A DNA stretch of 64,000 nt from Felis catus (Eukaryota): assembly GCF_018350175.1 (NCBI RefSeq), contig NC_058384.1:23684001-23748000 (forward strand). Direction: 5' to 3'. The notes beneath the pieces are model-generated. The model did not search any database, was not told the origin of the DNA, and saw only the letters and a list, made by a program, of their open reading frames with translations. A program made the position numbers and the translations under genes. Each line of letters starts with the position of its first letter. Within the stretch, counting starts at the first letter, position 1. This document shows positions 40,525 to 54,119 of the stretch, one piece after another.

Positions 40525-40637
40525 TTTTTTTTTTTTTTTTTTTTTTGAGAGAGAGCCAGAGTGAGCAAGTGAGTACGAGATTGGGGGAGAGGGGCAGAGG
40601 GAGAGACAGAGAGAGGGAGAGGGAGAGGGAGAGGGAT

Positions 40638-40692
<55 letters not shown>

Positions 40693-40799
40693 CCAAGAAG
40701 GTTCCATGCTCAGCATGGAGCCCAACACAGGGCTTGATCCCACAACTGAGAAATCATAACCTCAGCTAAAATCAAGAGTCTAAGCCACCCAGGTGCCCC
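40525..40799 (-). mobile_element. Can-SINE with long (GA)n
   Basis: T run, GA-rich tract ~40583-40688, gccacccaggtgcccc end. Confidence 0.9.
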
Positions 40800-41200
40800 T
40801 GCTGTTTTTTTTGTTTTTTGTTTTTTTGTTTTGTTTTTTAAACCACAGAACACAGTAAATAATTACTTTGGGAGATGATACAGGCATAAAGTATGAATGG
40901 ATTCCAAAAGGATTTGGACGAACTTGTAAATCGCAGAGATATGAATAAAAGTTATAAAGACATCCAACCTTCATGGAAAGTAACATCAGGGAAACTACTA
41001 GACCTTCCCTTGTCAGGTCTCTGGAGCCTTTATCAGTGGGAAATAGCATTCTGTGCTAAGTTAGAAACTATATGCCATACAAAGTAAGTGCTACAGGAAA
41101 CCTTTTGTTAAAATGGCTATTTGACCACCGCTGTGTTTAACAGAAGAAAACTGAGTTTTTATCCAATATATAGTAATAACTGCAATGTCTTTACAAAAAC

Positions 41201-41448
41201 TTATTTTTATTTTTTTTAATGTTTATTCATTTTTTGATAGAGACAGACAGAGTGCTAGTGGGGGAGGGGCAGAGAGAGAGGGAGACACAGAATCTGAAGC
41301 AGGCTCCAGGCCCTGAGCTGTCAGCACAGAGCCCGAGGCAGGGCTTGAACTCATGACCCCGTGAGACCATGACCTGAGACCATGACTCTCTCGCTCATGC
41401 TCATTCTCGCTCTCTCTCTCTCAAAATAAATAAACTTAAAAAAAAAAA
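41201..41448. mobile_element. Fused head-to-head SINE remnants (minus 41201-41374, plus 41387-41448)
   Basis: Minus SINE lacks its head and joins a plus-strand SINE tail ctctctcaaaataaataaacttaaaaaa. Confidence 0.85.
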
Positions 41449-41570
41449 TCAAGGATCTCTTCCTTCACTGGAGTAAGGAGGAGGTGGGGGGGAGGAAGTA
41501 CAGAAGAGAGAAGAGGAGGGGGAGGAAGATGCAGAAAAGAAGAAAGGAGAGCTATCACTTACAGAGTCCT

Positions 41571-41734
41571 TTTTTTTCCCCCTAAGTTTGTTTACTTATT
41601 TTGAGAGAGGAGGGAAGGCTCCATGCTGTCAGCATGAAGCCCGCCTCAGGGCTTGAACTCAAGACTCAGGAGAGCATGACCTCGGCTGAAATCAAGAGTC
41701 AGACATTTAACCAACTGAGCCACCCAGGCACCCC
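41571..41734 (-). mobile_element. Short old Can-SINE
   Basis: TSD ta(c/t)agag(t/c)cctttt. Confidence 0.85.
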
Positions 41735-43992
41735 TATAGAGCCCTTTTAATGTTCCAGATCCAGTTCTGAAAACCTGACATACAACAACCCATTTAATAC
41801 CCACAATGGCCATCTGAAGTAGAACTATTAATGTCTTCATCATACCGAAAAGGAAACTGAGGCACAGAGCATTCATGCATCTAGCTGCACCACCTAGTAA
41901 GTGGTGGGGCTGGGGCCAGGCCTTGAACCCAGGCGGTCTCACTCAGACCCCATGCTCTTATTCAACTTTCCCACAAATAAAGTGAATTTCTGATTAAAAA
42001 AAATGGAATTCTTTCTGTACACAGAACTATTACATGTTTTCACATGTATCCCCTCTCCCTGAATGGAAGGCACTCTTAAGATAAACCTTTTCAAGTCAGG
42101 CATTAAAAAATGTATTATCATAAAATAAGACCTAAAATAACACAGACAGTAATACTCTTTTTAGGGTAAACTATAAGGCAATAACAAATATCTTTGAAGA
42201 CATACTAATAGAGTCGCCAACATGCCCTCCTTTGCATATGAAGTTGATAAAATTCCACTGTTCTTAAAAGGGCCTGAAATGTGAGTTGCTTTTCTAGGGC
42301 TGGCAGTATATTTCTGCTGATTCATCTGTAGTCAGTTCCTCAGTACGTCCAAGATCAATGATCATGAATTTGCAGGATGGCTCTTCAGGATGAGGAATCT
42401 CACTGACCATTCCAGAAACTCTCCCCCATTTAGGGTGGCTGCCACAGCCATCCCAAAACACTGGAGAATTTGTTCAGCGGGTATGTGTATGTGTATGTGT
42501 ATGTGTGCATGTGTGTGCTTGAGGAAGAAGTACATTTTAATGTCCATTTGACTTAATTCCTTTAATTGGGCTCTGACTTCAGTGGATTTCTGTTAAGATT
42601 CTCCGATAATAACCAGCACAGAGAAAAGTGTTAGCACTTGAGCCTCCCAGCACCCCGCTCCACCAACCTCACTGATGAGCTGCGTGAAGCCAGACAGGCT
42701 TGTGTGCTTTCGTGCTGCAGTCTGGTGGAGGGGTGAGGAGGTTAGTGGGGGAGCTGCAGCTCTCCGGAAAGGGGAGGGTTAACAAGAGAAGAATAGTTAA
42801 GGCCAGGCACAGACCACCTCAGGTGCGCTAAGCTGGAGGGTAAAGTTTTGTGCAAGAAGAAAGAGAGAAAGAGGGAGACTTCTGAGGTGGTAAAAAAAAA
42901 AAAAAAAAAAAAAAAGTCACCAGAGTGACAGAGAGCTAGAAGTTCACAGAAGCAGATTTCAGGATGTCATGCTGTGGTTCATGAATGGCAATGCCTTGCG
43001 ATTCTTTGAGATCATTCAGTAAAAATTTAAGTTGTTTTTCAAGGATGTGTAATGTTTCTTTTAATATGCCTCTGGACTGAAGCTGGCTTTCAGGGGCCTG
43101 ACTTGATCTGGGTTAGACAACCATTAGTGCCACAAAATCATTAACAAGAACAGAAAGAGACTGGACAGAGTCATTTTCAGTTAAAGCAATTCCCAAGTTT
43201 GGAAGCATTGCCACTGAATTTTGAAAATGGGAAGACATAGCTAAAATACACTTTGTGATAAAATAGTGCAGCCTCTCTACTTATGAAAAATACTCACGAC
43301 CTGATCTTCGTGGCAGATCTCATGAAAGAAACGCTCACGCTCATGAAGCAAGGTCCTGGAGTGTTAGAGGAAGCACTCGTTCACATGTGCACGGACAGAA
43401 GACAAGGGTTCCTGCTCCTCTCTCCTTTCAACAAGTCTGTACCTCTTCTCTCAAGAGCTTCATTCCCATAAAACAAAAGATCATTTCCTGTTGCTATGAA
43501 TTGCCAAGTTATTTACCCCTCAGAGACGAAAAGTGTGCTCTGAGAGCGACAAAGAATAGCTCCTTAGGAATGATGTGTCTGGGTGAGCATGTTCGAGGAT
43601 AGTCTAATGGGGAGTGGCCCAGTAAATAAGATCACAAACCTGTCTAGTCTGAACAAGCCTGTTTTAGTAGCCCGTTCTGCTCCACTTGTTGTAAAAGACA
43701 GTGGCAGTTTTGATGATCTTTTGGGGAACAGGGATGAGGATTAATTCATAAGGGCATCTGAGCGGTTCAATTAAATTCAAATCAGCTAAATATGTGTGGC
43801 AATTGCTAGGTAGGCTCTGTAGTGAGACCTGAGGATGAGAGCTGATGGAGAGGTGGTCCTTAGGGACTCCCACCCACCATCTATATTGAAGCTATTTAAA
43901 TGTAGATTAGGATCACAAAGCTTCTTCAAGCTAACATTCCATTTTGCTTGCTCAGGAGGGATGGATAAGAGCAAACGAGTACCATCTAACAC

Positions 43993-44725
43993 GTTGCAAT
44001 GGCAATTATCAAAAAGACAAGAAATCGCAAGTGTTGGTGAGGATGTAGAAAAAAAACTACACNNNNNNNNNNNNNNNNNNNNNNNNNNNNNNNNNNNNNN
44101 NNNNNNNNNNNNNNNNNNNNNNNNNNNNNNNNNNNNNNNNNNNNNNNNNNNNNNNNNNNNNNNNNNNNNNNNNNNNNNNNNNNNNNNNNNNNNNNNNNNN
44201 NNNNNNNNNNNNNNNNNNNNNAGNNNNNNNNNNNNNNNNNNNNNNNNNNNNNNNNNNNNNNNNNNNNNNNNNNNNNNNNNNNNNNNNNNNNNNNNNNNNN
44301 NNNNNNNNNNNNNNNNNNNNNNNNNNNNNNNNNNNNNNNNNNNNNNNNNNNNNNNNNNNNNNNNNNNNNNNNNNNNNNNNNNNNNNNNNNNNNNNNNNNN
44401 NNNNNNNNNNNNNNNNNNNNNNNNNNNNNNNNNNNNNNNNNNNNNNNNNNNNNNNNNNNNNNNNNNNNNNNNNNNNGGTGATTATACTTAACAGTACTGT
44501 ATTATATACTTGAAAGTTGCTAAGAGTAAATCTTAAATGTTCTCACCACATACACAAAAAAAGATAATTATGTGAGGTCACAGACAGACATGTTAACTGA
44601 CCTTATTGTGGTAACCATTTGGCAATATATAGGTGTAGCAAACCATCATGTTGTAAATCTTAAATTCATACAATGTTATAAGTCAATTACTTATAAATAA
44701 TGCTGGGAAAAAATAGTAAAAAAAA
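43993..44725 (+). mobile_element. L1MA-type 3' fragment (ORF2 end plus 3' UTR), partly masked
   Basis: aatggcaattatcaaaaagacaagaaat...gtgttggtgaggatgtaga; 3' UTR gaaagttgctaagag...ttctcaccac. Confidence 0.85.
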
Positions 44726-46777
44726 AAGAAAAAACAGAACTGCAGTAATTTCTAAGACTCTGCCTGATTTAAATCAGACATTTTTTAATATATCGGAAAG
44801 TATGAAAGGCCCACACAATTCTATACAAACAAGCCAAAAGAGAATTTGGGAGGACAGCTCACATAGAGGCACAAAATAGCCATAGTTTCTTAGCACATCT
44901 CCTGTACTGCTTTCTCTCTGCTACCTTTCTGAGATGTTGCTTGTATTCAAAGGCCTGAGTTAGGCAAAATCTGAGAGTTCAAGGATTTTCGAGTAGAATG
45001 CATGGCTTGGACATGGCTCAAAGTTTCTTTTTCTTTGGGTTACACCTGAAGCAGCACGTATAGTGTGCAAAGATGTCTCGCACCCACTCAAGGGGTGATT
45101 ATGGCTCCACTGCCTTTTACACCCGCCACCACATCAGTTTTCAGAAACAGTATCGCCACTTGGGGCAACCGTTCCCTATGGAATGAACCATACCACCCAC
45201 TCTAAGGTGTGAGTTTCAGGTCTTGAAATCTCTTCTGTGCTAAGACTTCAGAACTCCCCTTACCTGGGGAGGAAGGGCCTAGAGGTTTTCCACTCATCTT
45301 CTTAGGATGCTCTGTGGGTAGATCCGGCCTTGGCCTACCAAACCTACTCTCATCACCCCTCTCTTACCTGCTCCCTTTTCTACCCTTTGCAGTTGGTCAT
45401 CTAATCTCATCTTCTATTTTTAGTCAACTTCTCTTCTCCCCACAATCTGGAGGCAAATCAAGCCCCCACACCAACTAAAGCCTAACTTTCTGTAAAAAAT
45501 GAAGCTTACATAAAAAAGCTATTCCATAGCTTTTTTATAGGCGACTTTTTTCTTCTGTAAGGTTCTGCCAAGCACAGAAGAGTATCTTTTGTGGAGTACC
45601 TCAAAGAACACGATGCTGTTGCATGTTGATGGAGGCCGTAGGGGGAGGGTAGGACAATGAGTAAATGTATTGACATAATTCTCTCCTTGAAAGGTAGCAG
45701 TACAAACTGGAAAAGAGATTCACGATGGGAAATTATCTGGGGGCTTGGTTTGCCTCCACAGAAATGTTTTACTGGTGTATCTGTTCTCACATCTCATAGG
45801 ATGTGGCTCCTATTCTGGGGAGATGGAAAAGGTAACTGAATTGGGACGGTGGATGTGTCAGAGGCAAAGGGAATGGGAACAGGGAGGGACCACAGCTCAG
45901 AGCAGGTCAGGGAAAAGAAGAAACTGGAACTCAGAGCTCCATGAGGAACACTGAGTGCAAGAATAAGAGTTGGTGTTGGGGAGAGGGAAGAGCCAGGGGA
46001 AGGGGGGAAAGGGCAATGAAGAGAAGGAAGGTGAGCCCAAACATGGGCCTCCTCAAGCATCCATGGCCTTCAACCAACTAGCTAAAAAGGAAAGACCAGG
46101 TCATGTCTGAAGGTCCCTTCACAATTCAATTGGTAAAATGAAACATGGTGGTTTCTATCAGATCAGAGGAAATGCTTTCTATCAGATCAGAGCAACACCT
46201 CACGGCAGAAGATTCTGGAGTCCTGAAGTGAGTCTCTTCCTCTGGGCCATGCCCCGTACCTGCATACAGCTGAGCACTGTAAACTAGAGAACAGGACAGA
46301 GCCATATTTTATTCCTCACAGCCCTGTCTTAAAAAGGTTTCTATTTGCACAATACCATGTTGCTAAGCCTCAGAATACAGTCACTGCTTCAGAACTTAAA
46401 AACCTTGCATCCTGCAAACCACTTAAGAGGAAGAGCCTCTATTGGTATATAATTCCACCTACCACTTTCACTCCCTCACTGAGAAACCTGCGGGTAAGAT
46501 GTGCTATAATGAAGGCCATATTTAATCATTCCTCAAATGTACCCGGAATCTGCCCACATCACCACTTGCAGTGACACCTCTCTCGTCCAGACCACCATCC
46601 ATCCTCTCTTGCCTGACCTAGCCTCTAACCATCACTTGCTTCCCTTCTTGCCTTGTACAGTCTATTCCCTACACGGCGGCCAGAGTAAGTCTTTAGATTA
46701 AAAAATAAAGTTAGACTACATCGCTTCCTAACTCCCTAAACCCTCTCCTGGCTTCTATTACATTCAGGATAGAATCT

Positions 46778-46960
46778 GGGGGCACCTGGGTGGCTCAATC
46801 GGTAAAGCATCTGACTCTTGGTTTGAGCTCAGGTCATGATCTCACAGTTCGTGAGATCGAGTCCTGCGTCAGGCTCCATGCTGGGTGTGGAGTCTTCTTA
46901 AGATTCTCTCTCTCCCTCTCTCTTTGTCCCACCCCACCCTCCCCCTCAAAAAAAAAAAAA
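46778..46960 (+). mobile_element. Can-SINE (older type) within an L2
   Basis: ggggcacctgggtggctcaatcggt head, A tail. Confidence 0.88.
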
Positions 46961-47712
46961 GAATATCTGGGGTCAATACCTGAAGTTGCTGCCTCTCTGA
47001 GTTTATCACCCACCACACTCCTGGCATGAGGGCCTTAGGCTTTTCCCTGGAATCCACCAGGAGGCTCCCTCTCAGAGATTTGGCCCTGTTGTTCCTCTGT
47101 CTAAAACACTCTGTTCCTGGGTATTCTCGTGGCTTTTGCTCCCTTACTTCAGGTCTCTTCTCAAAAAGGTCAACAACTCAGATGGACCTTCTCTGACCTA
47201 TGCATTTAAAATAGCCACCCGTCACTCTCTCTCCCTTTATTTATTTTTTTGCATTGCACATATCCCCATCTGACAGTTTATTACACATCTCTCTGCTTAT
47301 TGCCTGGGTCACTCCATAGGACATGAGCCAAATGAGGACAATAATCATCTCACTACATGTTAGTTTCCAAGTAAAAGCCAGGTTATAGCAATTGCTCAAT
47401 AAATATTTCTAAAATGAATAATTGTGATTTTCAGAGTTCCATCAGAGCTAAAAGCATATTGTTTTTCATTTTAACACTTGGCAATTCAGCAATTGCATTA
47501 AGAGAAACAGCCAAGGAACAAAGGAGGAAAGGTTCGGTCAAAACNNNNNNNNNNNNNNNNNNNNNNNNNNNNNNNNNNNNNNNNNNNNNNNNNNNNNNNN
47601 NNNNNNNNNNNNNNNNNNNNNNNNNNNNNNNNNNNNNNNNNNNNNNNNNNNNNNNNNNNNNNNNNNNNNNNNNNNNNNNNNNNNNNNNNNNNNNNNNNNN
47701 NNNNNNNNNNNN

Positions 47713-47822
47713 GCCATCAGCACGGAGCCTGATGCAGGGCTCAAACTGATAACCCATGAGATCACGACCTGAGCTGAAGCCAAGAGTCAGATGCTTAACC
47801 GACTGAGCCACCCAGGTGCCCC
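47713..47822 (-). mobile_element. Can-SINE 5' half (rest masked)
   Basis: gccatcagcacggagcctgatg...gccacccaggtgcccc. Confidence 0.88.
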
Positions 47823-48235
47823 AAGATCTAAAAACTTTAAAGGAAGTGTTTCTTGAGTGAAAGAAGGCAACCAGAAGTTAAAGACTAATGAAAAATACTG
47901 TATTAAAAAAGCAGACATAATAAATGCCAAAATGATGGGTGCTGCATTAAAAATAAAACCCTATTTCATATATAATTTGATAATATCTTCTTTGGTTATA
48001 GATCAAAACCAACAGTGACATTTATACACTGAAGCATGGGTTCATGTAGCTAGAAGGGAATTTAAATACAATTTAGCTTGTTGTGAATATGGGTTTCAAA
48101 ATGGAAATGAAACATCACCTAAATAGAGATTTGTACCAGTTTGGCTTTGTTTCAGAATTTGAAAAATTCATTATTTTTATAGACTGCTATTTTAGCACTT
48201 TGCTTTTTCATCTCACCCTTAATCTTTCGACTTCC

Positions 48236-48237
<2 letters not shown>

Positions 48238-48269
<32 letters not shown>

Positions 48270-48398
48270 TAGGTTTCACACCCAGCAAGGAGTCCAACAT
48301 GGAGTCCAATGCGGGACCTGAGCCCATGACTCTGAGATCAAGACCTGAGCTAAGATCAAGAGCTGGATGCCTGACTGACTGAGCAACCCATGAGCCCC
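48238..48398 (-). mobile_element. Short Can-SINE
   Basis: T run of ~29 nt, TSD gacttcca. Confidence 0.85.
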
Positions 48399-48477
48399 TT
48401 GACTTCCATTCTTAATAGTCATACACATAGCTTTTGAAATATATTTTAAATGACAATGTAAATAAGCACTGACATTT

Positions 48478-48667
48478 TATTTGTTTTTAATTAAATTGTT
48501 TATTATTATTTTTGAGAGAGAGACAGAGAGAGACAGAAAATCCCAAGCAGGCCCTGTGCTGTCAGTGCAGAGCCTGATACGGGGCTCAAGTCCACATACT
48601 GTGAGATCGTGACCTGAGCTGAAATCAAGAGTCAGACACTCAACTGACTGAGCCACACAGGAGCCCC
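48478..48667 (-). mobile_element. Can-SINE
   Basis: Recognisable body and head. Confidence 0.88.
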
Positions 48668-50454
48668 TGCATTACAACTTAAGCATGGATTATTACTTTT
48701 AAGGAAGTGAACTGCACACATTGTGTCCCAGGCAGGCTTCCTCCCTCTCTATCAATTTCTCTCCCCAGCAATGGCCCTTCTATCTAAGAAATTTTAATTA
48801 TGCAACCTTTTAAAAACAATCAAAGACCAGTTTTAAAATGTATTGTTAATTATGTTAGCAGAATATTATTTATGTATTTAACATCACAACTACGAGATTT
48901 TATCTGTTATCCTTTAGAATTTGACTTTCTATAAGTTTTCACTTTCTCTTGCCCTTTTAAAATCTGTCTGAACCAACACAGTATAGCTATGTAAGTGAAT
49001 AAACAAAATTGTACCCTGAAAGTGGCCAGCCTACAGTACAGCAGTTTTTGCCAAAGTCAGCAACCTGGGAAATTAAACATTCTCTCTTTGCCTGAATTTT
49101 ATTGCAAACTATCTTCTATCATACATTTCATTATTCCTTTCAAGCAACAGAACCCATGTGATTCCCCCACTACTTCTAATAAAACTTTAAAACAAAAAGT
49201 CAGCAACGTGAATGTCACACTGACTAGCAGCCGCACCGACGCAAGCATCACTGGATAATAAATAGAAAACCAGCCAGCCAGCCAAGATGGAAGGAGGGAT
49301 AGTAACCCACACACTTCCAGCTTTCTCACCTTCTAGCTTGCGGGGATGCTTTGAAGCTACAGAAGATATTCGTGATTCTTGTTTCTAATTTTTTAGAAAG
49401 GAAAAAAAATGATCTCACAAAGCAATCAACACCTTGGTCAACTTTGAACCATAAAGCTGGCAGCTGTGGAACACTACCACCTACCCTCATTTTTCTTTAA
49501 AAAAAAAAAAATCATCAACACAGTGTCATTTGTAATCTTTTCAAGGATCCCCAAGGCTTAAGAGAAACCTAGACCATAGACTTGTGTGACCACAGTCTGG
49601 GGAGCAGGCAAAGTAGAACTTTTGAACATCAGTGCACTGAATACATCCAGAGGGATGGCCTAAGTTCAACCCACTAACTCCCAAGACAGAGAAAGAAGCT
49701 CCCAGGTCACCTGGGGGCAGTTACTCCACAGCAGAATCCAAACAAACCAGGACCCCAGCCACCAAGTCAACAGCTCCTCCATAAACTGGGTTTACCAGGC
49801 TACAGCCAATTGTTTTGTTCGTTTAGTAAAACCTTATGCAGTACGTAGCCCACTATCCTCTCGGAGAGAAGTATGACCTGCAAAGAATTACTTATTGTAG
49901 AAAATTCGAGAAGAACTGAGAGATTGAGCCTCAAGTCACAAAGGGTGAGGATGGCTCAACTTGAAGCTGGTAATCCGTCAGCGCTCACCTCATCCTGTGC
50001 TCACTGCTCTTCTTTGAAATGAAGAGGAAGATGAGTCCCATTCGCTACAAACTTAACATAGTTACTTCCCACCTTTCAACTGATCCTCACATTTTAAGCA
50101 AAAGGTTGGTTGCAGGCCTGAAGACAGGATGAAACCGTACTGCTTAACCCGTGAACTGGGAGTTGGCCAATTTAGCTCTTTTTTCAGAGCACTGAAGTGG
50201 TTTGGGGCACCGTAACGGCTCACGATGGCAGAGCAGGTACTGAGAGGCAGGGGACCAAACTCTGCCATCAGTAACCATTCCTAATGTTACCTCTAAAAGT
50301 GAACAGAAGGGCTATGCATGCTAATATTTTCCAGTGGCAACAGGTTTATGAAACTACAGAACTTTCTTTGAAAAAGCCAGCATCTTCACTACATTGCTTT
50401 TCATATGTTGTAAAAGCTACATGGGCAGTGATTTTAAGAAAAGACTTAAAGATA

Positions 50455-50620
50455 AGGCAGCATGGCATAGTGGTTAAACATACAGGTTTGGGGACTTAAC
50501 TGATATGTTCCTAGTAGAACCTACCTCATAAGGTATTATGAGGATTAAATGAATTAATAAATAAGAAAACACTTGAAGTAATGCCTGGCACATAAAAAGT
50601 ACTCAATAAATACATAAACT
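50455..50620 (+). mobile_element. MIR (internally deleted)
   Basis: gcatagtggttaa...ctacctcataagg...gtactcaataaat. Confidence 0.8.
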
Positions 50621-51851
50621 TCTCTAAGAAAGTTTTCTAGATTGTTCCTTTTCATAAATAGTACATTCATCTTTATAAAAGTAAGGTTCAGCACAGTGCA
50701 TTTTGAAAAACAAAACCATTTATTTAATTAAAAAAAACCAACTTCCTTTAGAAAGAGATGTGGGATATTTGGAAACCATAACAGAAGCACAAAGACCCAC
50801 TGGTAATCAGCACTACCCAGAGATAATCATTATTCACCTTTCCCGGTCAACACCTAGAGGCTTTCTTTTCAGTCCATGCACACATATATTGAATACATGT
50901 TGTCATTTGATGTATACGAAGTCACTCTTTACGTACGAGTCTCATATCCAGCTTTTTCCATTTAACATCAGAGTATTTAATAGAATGAACAAATAGAAAT
51001 ATCCAAATAAGGAAATGAAGCATTAACTATGTTAAACTCTTTTATCTTTATATCCCCAAAGTCTAGAGTTTGGGATTAATTATTTGATACAATTAGGTTT
51101 TCATTGGTTTCAAGGAACTACAGAGCCAGACAGAGCCAGACATGTGGATGAGTTCCAAGCCTCTAAAGCAGAGAGGTGCTCTTGACCTTTCTTTGGCTCC
51201 AATATAAGTTCTCCAGACCCCTGTCAACAGGAGTCAGCTCAGGAGCATAGTATAACATGAGTGGGTATTTTCCTCCCAGTATTCAGTGCTTCTTTTTGCC
51301 AACAAGAACAAAAAGAAATTCAGTGTAAAACATGGCCATAACATCCGTGTGCCTTCATCAGAGCCCTGTAGTTCACTGTCATGGGATGATTCATGGTGGT
51401 CAAGTCTGCACTGAGAGCCATGGGCCAGATGACTGCCATCAGTGCACAGGGTGCAGGCCAGGGCCAAGAGGCCTCCCATCTAACAGGGCGCAATAAATCA
51501 GTGCTTGAGGAATGGACAGTCCAGCTGAGAAAGGATGACGTAGGTGACCTAAGGCTTTGTTCTTCCATTAGATTGAAAGTTTCTAGAACAGAGGAACTGT
51601 ATCTTATACATTTAAAAAAATTCCTTACTATGCCTAACTGAGTGCCTTCCTTGCTTCCTCTTTCAAAGCACACATTTGTGCACTGAAGTTCTTAAGTCAG
51701 ATACTGCTGTGTTCCTGACCAGACTCCAAGTTAACATATTACCTGTGTACACTTAGGCAAGTTACTCAATTTCTTATTGGCCTCCACTCCCCCACCTATA
51801 AGTGGGTGTGACAGCCCCCCATAAGCTATCTTTATTATTAACAGCTGGCCA

Positions 51852-52039
51852 TTATTTTTTTGATGTTTATTCAATTTTGAAAGAGCATGAATGGGGGAGG
51901 GGAGGGGGTGCGTACAGAGGATCTGAACCAAGTTCTGCGCCGACAACAGCGAGCCCAATGCGGGGCTTGAACTCACGAATCTTGAGATCAAGACCTGAGC
52001 TGAAGTCGGATGCTCAACTGCCTGAGTCACCCAGGGGCC
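51852..52039 (-). mobile_element. Can-SINE
   Basis: Recognisable body and head. Confidence 0.88.
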
Positions 52040-52673
52040 TCATAATATCCATCCATTATGATCCAACAACTTACATGTGAGGCACTTGGTTACGTGAGGC
52101 AAGAGTGGTGTGTGATTAAATTACAAGCATTATCTTGAAGGAACTCAGTCAATGATCATAAAAGACTTACGATTTACTGAATAGTGGCTAGATTTTTTTC
52201 CAAGAAGGAAACATCTTTATTTTCCCATAACATTTTATTCTTCTCTCTAAAGACCCCTAAAGCAGTCTGTATTTATTTTTCCATTGTCCACGGTATTCAT
52301 GGACATGTCGTGCCAACAGACACTCAATGTAGCACTCATTACAGGCTTTCAAGTCTCTGTTTCTTGCTGAACTATTTCCTGCGCATAAATGGTGTCTTTT
52401 CCAAAATAGGGTAAACTCTTTGTGGGCAAGTCACCTGATTCTGCTTCTATTCCATCCACCACCCACCAGCTCACAGGTCCTGTTCATACTGATTCAACTG
52501 GCATCATTCTAACCTCGTAACTGGCCAATCAACAACCACTGATTGAGGATTATTGCTTTAGGAGTTACTTAATAGGATGAAGCAATTTTCCTCACCGTTT
52601 GGAATGCTGTTATCAGAAACACAATTAAACTGTGACACCAATTTATGATCACAAACTACTCAACTAGAAATAT

Positions 52674-52889
52674 ATTTTTTTAATTTTTTTTGATGTTTAT
52701 TTTTGAGACAAAGACAGAGTGTGAGCAGGGGGAGGGGCAGCGAGAGAGAGGAAGACACAGAATCTGAAACAGGCTCCAGGCTCTGAGCTGTCAGCACACA
52801 GCCTGATACGGGACTCAAACCCACAAACCCTGAGATCATGACCTGAGCTGGAGTCGGATGCTTAACCTACTGAGCCACCCAGGCGCCCC
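52674..52889 (-). mobile_element. Can-SINE
   Basis: TSD tcaactagaaa(t/c)at at 52660 and 52890. Confidence 0.92.
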
Positions 52890-54119
52890 TCAACTAGAAA
52901 CATTTAACAGCTGAACTCTTAGGAAGAATGGGTGGGTGAATGAATGGTAGACCTAATCTTGCTCTGTTCCAGGGGGATGGACATTGCTACCTCCCACTGT
53001 GTCCCAATCCTCCCCTCTAAGATTGGGGCAAAGACATAGGGCTTATCTGTAGCAACAAGTTCCTTCATGCTTCTGAGAGTAACTATTGCCATGTTTTTGT
53101 ATTTCTTATTTCATCCCATGTGAAGAATTTACGTGTGACATGTGATGTATGTAGAATCTACTCTGGAGATACCACAAGTGTGCAGTAATAAATAACAGAG
53201 TCATGCTCTGATTCCTACATGGGACAAACACCACACCATCAAATTCTGTCTCAGCTGGTTTGATGGTGTTTTAATGATAACACAGTCTTTAAAAAAAAAA
53301 AAAAAAGGATAGTATAGTCTTAACATGTATGCGAGGCGATATTCTGGCAGTAGTGTTTCAGGATCTGTAATTATTAAAACTGAAGTGAGGCTAACCGCTT
53401 CGACAGCGTAAGGAATTAGCATCAAATCTTCTAGACTTTCTGTCCATTGTTTTCTAAATTCTCAGCCAACTGTCTGATCTCTGACATAATTATGATTCCT
53501 GTGTCAGCATCTCAGTGTTTTGGAAAAAATTACAGTGTAAAATTTCCAAATATCTAAAACATCTGTCCTGATGTGAGATTCTCTAAAGTTATTTCCTCAC
53601 TGGGTTGGTAAAGCTTCCCAGTCTCCCCTCAACACACCTGATGCACAATGTACCTGTGAGCCTTTTCACTGTCTCTCAGTCTCTCACTCCTGCCCTCCCT
53701 CTGTTTTTTTGTCTGTTACTCATCTTTTAAGACTCAGCTGAGATCTTCATCGTTCTCTTTAAAGTGTCTTCTACTCCTGGGATAATAGGCCTTTTTGCAG
53801 GATCATCATAGGATACTGACATTTTTTTTTTCTGTTGAGATGCCCATCTGTTGCATCATATCAGTTCCTAAAAGGCAGGGACCACATTTATCTAATAGTC
53901 TCAGTGCCTAGCACAGCACCAAAGTCAGTAAGTGCTTAGTAGACAGAAAGAACTGCTAGCTGACAAGCGCCCATGATCAGACTCCAACTGTTTACCCGGG
54001 CAAACAAGTCTATTAGGCTAATCCCTGTTGCCCCGGGGCTTTCTCCTATGGGATAGATGTCACATTGTCCTGAAAGCACAACTGTAGGTCTTCAGAAGAT
54101 GGAAACATAAAATTCTATT

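Noticed and set aside
47050-47068. CTCF-like ccaccaggaggc
   Set aside because: Mismatches in the core and 3' end; lies in an L2 remnant.
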